Source: Yuukianura sp. NJ FZ-2021
Lineage: Eukaryota
Assembly: GCA_046563655.1 (NCBI GenBank)
Contig: CM102288.1
Location: 4,216,001-4,280,000, forward strand
Direction of reading: 5' to 3'
DNA: 64,000 bases
The position numbers and the translations under genes are program-made. Shown here piece after piece: positions 25,001-37,611 of the stretch. Under the pieces are notes generated by a model. That model made no database searches. It worked only from the letters and a program-made list of their open reading frames with translations, and had not been told where the DNA came from. Every line of letters begins with the position of its first letter. Position 1 is the first letter of the stretch.

Positions 25001-26401
25001 CGTCGTTTTCATTTATTTTTTTTTGAAAAGAGAATTTACGTAGTGAACACCGTGTCGGTAGCCGTGTGTGAGCCAGATTTGTGCCAGGATCTTCCCTTGT
25101 GCTTCCGCTCCACGGTGAGTTTTTCCTTCCAAGTAGAACCACTCTTCCTTCCCTTCCACTGGAATCTAAACAAAACATTCATTAATTGACACAATTCTTA
25201 ATTGATTTGACCAATTTATGTTAATTTTTACTTCGCTTATTTTGTGAGTTGCTTGTCCAATAAAATCATCTCTCTTTCCTCGTCGAAATCCTTCAGCCAA
25301 GATCTCCATTCCAGCTTCAACCTTTTCTGTTCTGCGAGAATCTGTAGCTACTTGGAGCGAATGGACAACTTCCTCTTCATCATCGTGATCCCACACCTAA
25401 AAGTGTTAATTACTCAAATTAATCAAAAATCATCAACTTTATAAGAATCCAATTGGAAAGTGGTCACTGCTTACCTCGATGTGCAGAATGTCCTGAGAAG
25501 GTCGAAGAGCCAGACACTGGAACCTCTCTTCCCAGACTGGATTGAGTGTCTGGTGCTGGATTGAGGTTCGGATGGACTTGGGCACAGTGCCATACACTTG
25601 GTCAAATCTTTTTTCAGCCACTGCTCTCTCCCGGTCCTTTGGAATCCTCACGATCTTCGGTTTCTGGGGACTTCCAAAGTCAACTTGTCTCCAGGCAGCC
25701 TTCGTCATCTGAAAAAGAACAATCTAACCTCCTTCATGACATTCCATCAGCTAAGAATTTCATCCTATAAATAGAAGAGCGATGGACACTCACCGATTCC
25801 TCAGTTTCCACTGAGATTAAGCAGTAGGGGTCAGAAAGTCCATTTTTGTCACGCGCAACCAAGTTCTCTGCTCGCACAATCCCAACATTCACAATCGTCA
25901 GGGGGAAGGGCTCTGCTGTCACTTGCTCAATGAACTGGATTTGTTCCTAAAAATCAACAATTAGATTAACAATTCGTTTCCTCGGTTAATGGTCAGTATT
26001 ATCTCGCCTATGATGATTTAACAATTAGTTGAGATTTTGATTTTAGTCAAAAGTACCTGAGCATCTTTGGCAAAGGTCACTTGGACATAGGTCAGAATGT
26101 CTTCCTGAGTCGCTGGAAATCTTGCACTTGGTTTGCCTAGCATGTGGGTTGCAGTGTACAGTGCTTCCTTGTACAGCGATTGGCGACTCAACTTGGAACA
26201 AAATAGTTGACGTTGTTTCCGCACATTTTCACACGATTTGGTTTCAAATACTTGAATTTCAATTCCACTGTCTCCAGCCACATGAGACTTCCGTTTGTAG
26301 CCAGCTGAAGGAGGTGTTGACCTCGAGCGTGACCTCAGCACAATCTCCTGACTACTACCAGGTATGCTCTCCCTATTTGATCTTGTCGAAGGTCGTGACA
26401 T
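22064..26401 (-). CDS. BAIAP3 / Munc13-4 (Unc-13D)-like protein, C2A-MUN-C2B
   Basis: C2A (AENLVARDKNGLSDPYC...TLNPVWEERF...WDHDDE...DDFIG), MUN region (FHEWFRP, LCTSLNNIHYV, YLENNLSVL) and C2B (SDPFVEIEL...TLNPTFGETFEF...DFDLLSANDFMGE). Start codon uncertain. Confidence 0.85.
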
Positions 26402-26789
26402 GTCAATGCGTTGACGAACGTCGTCGTGACATGCTGCAGTTATAAGATCTACAAGAAACGACTGCTATTCTTCGTGTTGATGAAGAGCAGCCCATCGTAG
26501 CGTTGCCTTGGAAACTGGTTTTGACCTCATGAGGTCATGGTCATGAGTACTTTATTATGGGGCCTAATTTTGAACGTTATTCCACTGCTTGTTGGACTCT
26601 TATCAAAATAAAGTTAAACATTTAGGATTTAAATATTTAAGTGTTTAAATAGAATTTCACGATATTTAACCCCCTCCATCTTCTTCCTCTTGAGGGTTTT
26701 CCATTCCGAGAGAAAGAGAAGTTCAAGTTGAAAAGTTTTTGATTGAAGTAGGCGAGAACAGAGAAGGTTTGACCTTTGCCCCTTCATTT

Positions 26790-29700
26790 CTACCGGAGTC
26801 TCCGCACTCCTCGTTTCACTGGCCTTCCTCCAGGTTGGGTGGCCGGTGACGCTCCTCTGCAAATAAAAAATCAAATCAGCAACCTCTAGATCTTCAATCC
26901 AAAAGTTAAAATGAAATTCTTACGCCGAGAAGAGGACGGGTGCAGTGGAAGCGGTTCCGGGGTTTTGACCGAATGAAAAATTGGGCACTAAGTTGGGCGT
27001 AAATTGTGGTTGCGGAGTGGCGGACCTATTTGAACACAAAAAAAAAGTTAAAGAAGAAGAAATTCATTATGGAAAAGTCCTTAACCAAAGTTGCATGTTA
27101 CTGAATATCCTTACGGTTGTGGTGATCCAAAACTAAAAACGTTATTGGTGTTTGTAGTTGTCGATGGAGTTCCACCAAAAGTAAATCCTGAAGAAGCGGG
27201 AGGTGGTGGTGGGAGCGTATTTGAGTTTAACGCTGTGAACTGGAATCCAGCATTCGGATTGCTAAATCCACCAGTTCCCAAACTGTTTCCAAAAGTGTTG
27301 CTACGTCCATCTGGTTTGTCTCCTCCCAGTCCAAATCCAGGTTGTTTCATAGCATCCAGAAAACTTCCAGTCTTCATTACTGGAACATCTCCAGTTCCAG
27401 CGACAGTATCTGACCTCATCTTGACTTTTGGTTCCATGGAGCCAAATTGGAATGGTCCATTTCCCTCTGAAGGTGGAGCTTTTCTCTTGTGACTCTCTCC
27501 AGTACCAAAGGAAATGACAGGTTGTGAAAGGCCAGTGTTTGAAATGGTACTTGGTGTGGCTGTTCCAAAAGAAAATGAAGGTGTAGTAGTAGTTGGAGGG
27601 AGCGTTGTACTCGGTAAGGTTCCAAAAGTAAATCCTTGTGCAGGAGTTGAAGTCGCGGTGGTCGTTGGTGGAGCCGCCGCGGTGTTGGAAAGACCGAAAC
27701 TGAAGCCGCTTGTTGGAGTTGGAGCCGGTACGGTTTCCTTTGCGTTGGATGTTATACTTGGTGTGCCAAAGGAAAAAGAAGGCGGAGCCACTGCTGCAGC
27801 GACAGGTTTTTTGAAAATGTCAATCCCATTGGCAATTGGAGGGGCGGAGGTCACGGTCGAAGCGGATGGGATTCCACTGAATGAAATTGGTGTCTGAGCA
27901 GACGAGACAGTAGTTGTGGTGGCCACACTTGGAAAATTAGTCGCAGCTTTCGTTGGTTGAGATGATGTACCGGATCCTACAGTTGAACTAAATGCTGGTT
28001 TGGGTCCACCAGAAAACAGTGGAAACTTGTACTTTGCAATGTCAGCATCTAAGTCTTTGTTTTCAGCTTTCGACACTGGAAATGCTGGAAATTTAATAGT
28101 TGATGCGGGCTTGGTTCCATTTTCGTTCAGCGTAGTGTGTGGACCGGTCACTCCTTCGGATGATTCCGTAAGTCCGAATCCCTTTCGGAATGCATTTGCA
28201 GACAAGGGAGTGTTTGTAGATGTTGGTTTATCACTTGAAGCATCAGACGTTTTGAATTTGAAATCTGACGACGTTCCTCCGTCGGTAGTGTTTGTCGCTG
28301 AAACAGCGGGAGTTTTAATTCCGAAGGTAAATGCACCCGAATTACTACTGGGAGTTGTTGATGGAATTCCAAATTGAAATGGGGCTGAGGTGCTAGGAGA
28401 AGGATTGCTCGTTCCGAATTTGAATGCTGAAGGTACAGAATCACTGGCAGAAGACGAAGAAGTAGATATTCCGAATTTAAAATTGCTTGAAGCCGAACTC
28501 AGCTCCGAAGTTGTAGCTTTCGGTGCAGCAAAGGAAAAACCGGGTAGAGAATCACTTGATTTTGAAGTGCCAACGGCACTTGGAGTTGTAGAACTGAAAC
28601 CGAATTTAAATGCTGGCGGTTCTGGTTTAGGTGCTTGTGTTATATTCCCACCTCCAGTTGTTCCAAGCATAGATGTGTATTTCGTTGGACGTGGTTCTGT
28701 ACAACAGACGCACGAGGGATCACTTATTTTGTTGTCTACCATACATGTGGGACAAGGCCATCTAAAAGTAACAAAAAAACGGATATTTTTTAAAATAGGA
28801 AATTGGAATTTGTCAATTTGTTTCGGTGAAATAACTGGGTTGCTTATTACTTGGATGGTAATATTTCAGGCTTCTTTGTTACAGTTTCTGCAGCGGAACT
28901 GTATTTGGCGGGGCGTGGCTCCGTACAGCAAACACAATTCGAATCACCTAACTTGTTGTGGATCAAGCACGTGGGACACGGCCATCTGAAATTCAGCAAA
29001 TGATGATCAAACTTTCAAAATTACGAATTTAGACAAACAAGATTTTAAATCCAAATCGACAAACATAACATTTTAAATCCTTACGTTGAAGTTTGTGTTT
29101 GTATTGGGATTGACATTGAAGATGGTGTTGGAGTCGGCAATGATGCTTTTGTTACGAGAGGTGGAGCAGCACATGGTTTGATGGGGTGGGATTTGACCAC
29201 TTGAAACAGTTCCTTCCAGAAAGGAGTTTCCTCTGGGAGTCCATTTGGAAGCGATTTGCCTTTGGGTTTGAGTGACAATGCTGGACTGAATGAAAACTTG
29301 GCTTGAATGGGTGGGAGAGGCGATGGTGGTTTAGTTTGGACCACTGGAGCAGTGGATGCTTGTGATTCCATTGGAAGTGGTTTGAGTTCCCTTGGAACGA
29401 AGGATGTGGGTCCTTGGGTGGGACGAACAACTGAATCATGGACACGAGTTGTCTTCCCTTTAAGTTTTCCACCACCCACACTTTTCGTTTGTCCGTCATA
29501 ATTAAAGTCCACATGGGTGGACGGCATTCCAAATGTGGGGAGTTGGCTATACGGAGACCTGAACAAGACGAAATCATAATTTCAATATGTAATGTTACTG
29601 TTCACGTTATTTGGCAAAGTACTCAAGGAGTCTTACGTGTTCACAAGAGGCGGGGGGAGTTGTTGAATTGTGTTTGAAGTGGATGGACTCGACGTAGGAA

Positions 29701-30565
29701 CCTTCTTCGCTAAAAGGTACGCTGGTACAACTGGAGAAGTCAAAGCACTTGGAGTTGCATCCAATGCCAAAGGACTGCGAGTTATTGGAGGTCCACTCCT
29801 TACATTACTCATCATTGGCTTTACAGTTTCTACAAATAATCGCTTCAATTAGGAATGGTCTAGTCTATGTAAAATGATTGTGATTGTTGAGTGTTACTTA
29901 TAGCAGAAGTATGGAGGGGGACTTTTCTAAGACCCTCTACAGTAGGCGTTGTGTTCCTTTGCAGAATTTCAATCATCCTTTGAGCCGTTGATGTCAAGTG
30001 AGGTTCCAATGACTCCTGTTATTGGATAATCAACATCACCAGTTAAGTTAGTTTCATAGTTTAGAGAAGAGAACTTAGGGACTTACCTCATCAGTTACTT
30101 TTCGTGCTCGTACGCATATTGGTTTACGTATAGTATAAGGTCTGTTAGTTGGAGGACGCAGGTCAAGGAGAGCTGGTTTCGAATATGGACCTCGATGTGC
30201 CCTAGCAGAGGACGGTGACCATGGCGTAGTTTGGGGAAAGGAGCTGGAACTTGCTCCAGAACTTGAGGCTGGAGTGGGAATCAAAGGCCCATTCATGGAA
30301 CTCCCCGACCCGGATGTATTCATTCCAACTCTTGGATCAATTTCAGAAGTCACTAAGTGAAACAAGAGTAGCGGTTTTAAATAAATGAAGTTAATCAAGA
30401 ACGTGTTAGAAGTTGTATGGGAATGGATGTCTTACGTCGTCCTTTTAGCAGAGATGTTGTGGGTGTAGCTGCACTTCCTCCGCCTGATTCTGCTAAGCCT
30501 GGGCTACTGCTACTACCATCACGCCTCCTCGACGTATCTGCACCAAGTCGATTGAATCTGTACAT
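26790..30565 (-). CDS. Nup153: Nuclear pore basket protein Nup153-like
   Basis: Two RanBP2-type zinc fingers (WPCPTC...CVCCTEPRP), a long FxFG repeat region and a basic C-terminus GRPVKRGVRRLR. Confidence 0.85.
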
Positions 30566-31665
30566 CTTGTTGACCTGATACAAGTAAATTGACTTAAATT
30601 CCAACGAGAAACAACCGTAGAATGAGCAATGACCTCCTTACCACTTATAGTTATCTCCGAATTCACTCCAGTACTACGCTCCAACTTAGAGACGAAAGAG
30701 TAGAGACACTGGTCACTACCACCCAGTGGTATCTCAATTCAATTCCTATCAACCAACTAATTAACCCACTTTTGCTTGATTTCAATTACACAAACTTGTA
30801 AGTTAGTTACTGAAAAGTTTTTCAGTTCACTTTCCAAAATTTCTAACGAAGTAAAAAGTTTTTTTCTTTTGGGGAAAAGAACAACGCGGTTTCTGAAATT
30901 CCACTTTTGTGACGATCGAAACCTCCCGCCTGCGCATATCCGCATCTCTGCCCAACTTATCCAATACGAATAACATTATAAACTCATATGCCACAAGTCA
31001 CAATAAACCCCTTTTAAAAATTTAACTGTTAATTAAGTTTCAATTGCGTTGCAAGTAATTAGAGTAAGGTATTTGGTAGTTTTAAATAAGGAGATATACT
31101 TTTAGTAATTATCAATTCCCAATTTCTTGTACTAATAGCTATGAAACCCCATTCCACTTTCAGTTTTGTAATGAGACTTTTGATTTGTTTTGAAAATGAA
31201 AAGGCGGTACTTGAATTTCTTAACATTTTTTGAATTCCGGGTATTTATTGCGAAAATTCGGGCGCAGTAGAGATTTCGAACCGTCATTGTAGCCGTACTT
31301 TCGCTACTCCGCCATTTCACAATGCAAAATCTTCCAAAATTTCGTGTCAAAAAATTTTTTTATCCGTTTTTTTTACGGAACACTCATGATTGACTACACA
31401 TAGTCCAAATCCGAAATACCGAAAAAAATCCATTTCTTCTACAAATTAATTTAATCACAATGCATTTTTTCGAGTTTTCTAAAGTTCTAAAACTTATTCT
31501 GAAATACTAGAATTTATCCTAAAATTTCAGTCAATCAAAATACTGCTGCTGACATTTACGAAATTAATTCTTTGAAATTTCAAACTCAAGTTATCGAGTT
31601 CGAGAAAAATGAATTTAAAAAAAACTAATTCTGCGAGTCTCATATTGGCAACATTCCGATTTGCT

Positions 31666-34600
31666 CTACCTAAATTCTGGTCTTAGTCGCCAAACCTTAC
31701 GACCTTGAACTTGACGTGAAGTGCAAAGCTCAAGTAACATGTGTTTGAAAAGAGCAGAGTTCCCTGGAGGTAATTTCGAACCAAATTCAGCCACAACTTC
31801 GTCAGTTGTCACCTCGCCATCAACTGTTCCCCGAAAAGCAACAAACGATCGAATGTCTGCCAACAGTTCCATTTTAGACGACTCGACATCCCCAACTTCG
31901 ATATCGACGTTCCTCTCTGTGCTGCCTTCTTCTCCATTCGTCGGTTTCGACACAACTAGGTTTCGGCGTTTACGAGCTCGAATCATTGCAAAAAGATCAG
32001 CGGCTGAAGTCGGTCCACTTTGAGCAGTAGACGCTACTGGAGTAGTGAACAGCGAGGCGTTGAGGTTCTGCTCTTCGTTGGCAACACTTTTAGCTTCAGT
32101 ATCTGCAGTTGGTTTCACTGGTTTTTCCGGTTTTCTATCAAAACACAAAAGTTACCAAAAATATGAATCAAACCAAACACAAAAATGAAAGATTCAGCTG
32201 AGAGCTGAAATATTGCTTGATTTGGTACTTGGGTCGTCGAATGCTTCCGTGGGTTCCAGTCCAAGTCACTTTCCCAGTAGTAGCGTCCCAACATTGTTCT
32301 CGTGATTTCTTCAGTACTCGAACTGCATCTTTTGCTACCATCTCAGCCTCTTTTTCAATAATAGCATAATCTGGTTGTTCAGCATCAACAATTCGGTCAT
32401 GTTTCAAGGCCACGTCAACTACTGACTTCTTGAACAGTTTCCGAAGAACATATTCGTCTTGAGAGAGAACTTGTTTGTCTTCAACTTCTAAAATATACAA
32501 AGAAAAAAATAGTGAAATAATTTAAATAATAAATATAAATTATAGTAAAATACTTTTGGATTCCGGTTCTGGTTCTTTTTCGACATTAGCCGGTTTCTGT
32601 TTCACAAGGTTCGGAACACCGCGAAACTTTCCTTTTGAGTTCTCCCGCGGTTCTGCAACTGTCGCCGTGGTCGATCTTCCTCTCTTCCTTGGCCTCGGTA
32701 CAGTGGAATCCGTTCCCTCAAATATCAGTTCCGTCTCAGTCTCTCCCGTTCCGTCATTAAAACTGAACAGTTCCAGAAGTTGATTTTGTTTGAAAAATCG
32801 CTTTTGACGTGGATCTTTCAGAATCCGATTTGTTAGAAACTGTTTGAATATTTGACGGTGGTAGATTTTTTCCTCAATGGTTCCAGAGGAAATCAGCCGG
32901 TAAATTGTGACTTCCCTTCCTTGTCCAATACGCCAAGCTCTCTCTCGTGCCTGAAGATCCGTCGATGGATTCCAATCTGAGGATACAGAAATTAACTTTT
33001 TTAAAATATGAAATGATGTCAATGTTGTCATTTCTGAAAAAAATATTTACCTGGATCAAAAATAATCACACGATTTGCACCCGTAAGGTTCACGCCGAGT
33101 CCACCGACACGAGTTGTCAACAAAAACACAAAAATGGACGGGTCCTGAAATTTTTTGAAAAGTTGATAGTCTAAAATTCGAAAACAACAGAATTGTACTA
33201 CATATTCCATAATTTCAACCTACCTTGTTAAACTTGTCAATAACAATTTGTCGAGATCCAATTGATGTTCCACCGTCGAGGCGAAGGTAAGCGTAGTTTT
33301 CTTGTTGAACGAATTTCTCCAAAATACATAACATCTAAAACAAAAAATCAAGTTTATGAAAAATCTAATTCAAAATACTAAAATTCCTGTGTAATCAGCA
33401 CTCACCTGACGACTTTGTGTAAAAAGCAGAACTTTCTGATTTTGTTTCTGCCAGACTTGTAGCAGCGTCCTTACAACAATCATTTTTCCAGAGAAGCGCC
33501 AATGACCAAATTCAGAACTGCTGTCAGCTTCTTGTCCATTGTCAATAACATCTTCTGCTTCCAACACTTTTCCTCCAGAAGCGCGATACTTCGGCGTACG
33601 CCTGTCTGACAGTGCTTTCTTCGACGCTTTCTCTTGATTCGGTCCCCCATCAAAGAGGTGTGGATGGTTACAGATTTTCCGAAGATTAATCAGTGACACA
33701 AACATACTGTGCTCCCCATTGTTGACAATACCCTGAATTTGATCCGACCTTAGATAAGCTTTGTACACATTCTTCTGTTCTTCTGTCACTTTGCAAAAGA
33801 GAACTTGCTCGTTCTTCACGGGAAGTTTCAAGTGATCTCTCACATCAGACTTCATGCGACGAAGAAGATAGGGATTGATGATATCTCGGAGTGTTATGGC
33901 ACATTTGTAGGCCGTTGCAACTTGCAAGTCACTGGCATTAGAGTAGCCCCCTTGAGTAATCGGCACTGCAAACTTTTCTAAGAATGTTGGCAGTGTTCCT
34001 AGACGACCAGGCGTAACAAAGTCAAAGAGTGACCAAAGTTCCTTCAAGTTATTTTGCAGAGGACTTCCAGACAGGATGATTCTGTGTGGTGTCGGAATCC
34101 TTTTTACGGCAATCGTCACCTATGAAGAATTAACAACATTTCATTTAGCACTTCTTTACACAATTTACACTAACGTAAGTACTCTATATTTTAGTTTAAA
34201 CTTTGTGTGACCTGTGCATCGGGGTTACGGATTTTGTGACCTTCGTCTAAAATGACATAATCCCAGTTGAACTTGAGTAATTCTTCCTGGTTCTGAACCA
34301 CACCCATGTATGTTGTGACTATAAACCCTCGACTCTCGTGCATCGATCGAATGAATCCCTCCTTTCGACCTTAAAACACCGAATTCTTGAATTTTTGAAA
34401 TCAATTAACATTGTAGTATGGTAGTGTAGAGAGTTCAAACGGAACTTACCAGTGTAGGATCCAGACTCATGAAGCAGTCCGACACGAAACGGCGGCCACC
34501 AGCGATGGAATTCTTGAACCCATTGGTTCATCACTGTCGCTGGACAAACGATCAGACTAGGACCAACGCCTCGAAACCTATTTTCCGGAGATTATAGATT

Positions 34601-36536
34601 TTGTACTCAACGATTTGTAATCGTATTTCATTTTTCGTAATCGTAATACTCTGAGAAGCGAAACAGCACATCCGAACAAGAAACGCCCGCGAGGAAACAA
34701 ATTACTTGAATTGTTTTCCCAAGCCCCATTTCATCTAATTGAAATAAAAAAAAAATTAAATTAGTAATTATACTTAACTACGTTTTGACAATGTAAATGT
34801 CAAATTGAAACAGTTTTTAATCGATGTACCTGACAGAATTCCCCCTGTACGCTGCTGGTGAAGTTCCCACAGCCATTTCACTCCAACTTTTTGATATCTG
34901 TAAACGATTTTCAATGATAAAGTTTAACAACTATTCAATCTCTCGCTAGCCAAAAAAAAATCTCACTTGTAAAGGGAGTCCCAGATGTATTTTGGCAATT
35001 TGAATCCTCCGTCCATTCTATGTACGTCACTGTTGAATCTCGTTTCGGTTTCTTTCCAGTTCTGAACACGTTGTTGGTAAAACTTGACATTTCCATCATC
35101 AGTATACTCTCCCACTGGGAACAGTGAATAAAGAAACATGTTATGGCAATTCATTTCTATTTCAATTTCACACAAATCAACCAAATAGAAATAATACCTT
35201 TCCGGGTTCGAATTGACTTTTCTTCATCATCGTCGGTATAATAGTCTGAAGATTCGGCAGATGATATGGAATGTGATACTCTAGATTTTCTGGTGACTGC
35301 TTTTCCTTTTGGTGACTTCTTAGCAGTTTTAGATTTTCCCTTCTTATGGCTAAAATCATGTTCGGAATCGGAAGACGAGTAGACTTCTGGAAGGAAGTCA
35401 CTGTCTTCATTTTCATCAAGGTACATCGCCGTCTCTTCTGACGGAACAAGGCCAGAGCTTCTTCTGGCATCTCTAACATATTCGGGAAAGTTGTAGAGTT
35501 AGCAGAACTTTTAAGAAAAATGTTTATGATTCCAACTCACGCTTTGTTTCTACTGGATTTGGTTCCGAGTTTCATCTTCTTGGCTCTTTGTTTTGGAAAA
35601 ATGATGTTCATCTTAAGAGGATCCCTCGATGGCTTGGAAGAGCGAGTGCTCAATTTTTCCGGGGATTTTGGAATGCCATCGCTATGTTCATCATCAGAGC
35701 TAGGAATTATCATTCGCTTCCTCTTCTGCTGCGCTGTTTTCTTACGTTGTTCATGTTTGAATTGCTTTTGTAACGCTTGTTGATTCAAGAGATAGCTGCC
35801 GACATCCAATTCTTCTTTAGCATACCTAAGCAAAACAACTTCAAGCGTCTAAATTCAAAGATAAATAAGAAAAAAAGCTACGAATGCTTCGTATTTCAGC
35901 TTACGATGCTTCCTGCTGAAGTACGTCGGTTTCCAGTACAGTTCCAAACGGAGTCATTTCTCCATTACGAATTCTAACTTCCGACTCAGTTTCGGTATGT
36001 GTCGAGAGTAATTCATTGGTCAAATGGACTCTAGTTCCTCTTTCTTCAGTTGCTCCAGCAGATCCTCTATCTTCCAGCAGCAAAGAATGTAGTATTGATT
36101 TCGGAGAATCCTTCTTTTCTTGGGAGTGAGCATCAGCAGTTGCAACAATGGAGTTGGAAGCAGGTTGACCCGCAACAGCATTGTTCGCAAGCCTAGCATC
36201 AGCATCATCCACGGTTTCTTGAACATGACAATCCTGTTGAACGTCAATAAGGACCTGCTCAATATATTTGGCATTGTCCACGGCGACGGCACCCAAGGAT
36301 ACTAACAGCAACTTCGTAGGATCTGCATCGTCGTCATCCAGACTGGCACTCGTCCCCTTAAAAAAACGTTACTTCCAGTTATAATAGCGATGTACTATGG
36401 TGGGTGAATATGCGGTGTACTATGTATTTCATATTGCTCATGGTGGTGTCATAGTTAAAGTTGTACTGGCAATTGCCTTATCACTTACCCGACCAGTACA
36501 ATCAAGCGCTGGCTCGACTTCGTCCGGATTCATCAT
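31666..36536 (-). CDS. ERCC6: Cockayne syndrome B SNF2-family ATPase
   Basis: [87 protein letters not shown] and a C-terminal winged helix ending VWRLRPEFR. Confidence 0.93.
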
Positions 36537-37611
36537 GCCTATTTAGTATTACATAGTAAGTATTTAAAAGTTATTCAAATTCAATTTTGAAAGGTCAAAT
36601 TTACTCAGTAATAAATATTAGCCTGATGAGTTACCAAATGATGAAAATCGTCGTCGCAATTCAGTTTTGACCTGCTAAGCAGTTGACTGTGACATCTGAC
36701 ATGTGATGTGACAAGTGACAGTCTCAGACACAACGACACAAGGTCTGACTTCGAATTTATCTCGAAAATGTCTAACTTCGAATTTATCTTTTACAGTAAA
36801 CATCGAAATTTTGGTTCCCGCCAATTGCATAAAAGGTCACTTTTAATTGTCAAAATTAAGAATCAAAGTAACAACAATAACGCACACCGCAGCATACACC
36901 GCAAGCATTTTTGTTATGGTTAATCGTACTGCAAAAATTAAAGAACGAATTAAAAAAAAACAATCTCTAATTAATCCCGAAAAAATCAAAAAACGAAGTT
37001 AAAAACTCGAACAGCGTTGAATTCGATAGTAACTAATCACTCAAGGCTTTATTAGTTAAAACCTCAATTCTTTTTCAAAATAAAACAATTTAGTTAACTA
37101 CCATTGCGTCAATGCAAACTAAATAGTCTAGTTATAATTTACAAGTTATGTAAATTAGTCAGTGAAAACGTTTAAAATTTGATGAGACAACTGTCTCATT
37201 TTGTTTTATCACCTAACTTAACCTAACATTGTCCTATCCACCCAAAGCATATTTGACCTTGCTTTTTAGTGTCATTCGAAAAACAAATGTATAAGTTTCG
37301 TAGCAAACTGGACGGAGCTTCTTGAAATAAGGCCACGAGCAGGATGGACTCTTGCTAACACGAATGAGATTACGTTTATAATTTTAAACTTATCAAAACT
37401 AATTAAATACTTTTAGTTACTCCCGCTTGCTTTTAGGAGTGCTGTCGTAGTACTTTAGGAAAAACTTAAGATGCTGTTTGTATTCTTTTAGAAAGTCGTG
37501 GCGCTTGAACGTCCGAAGACGGATACCATGGACAGGATGGATGGACGGACGAAACTACGTTTCCAAATTGGTCGTGTGGCCCACTTCTCTATTAATTGGC
37601 ATTTTAAAATC

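Noticed and set aside
36294..36304. GTATCCTT U12-type donor on the minus strand of ERCC6
   Set aside because: Lies inside an open coding exon (LLVSLGAV), with no need for an intron.
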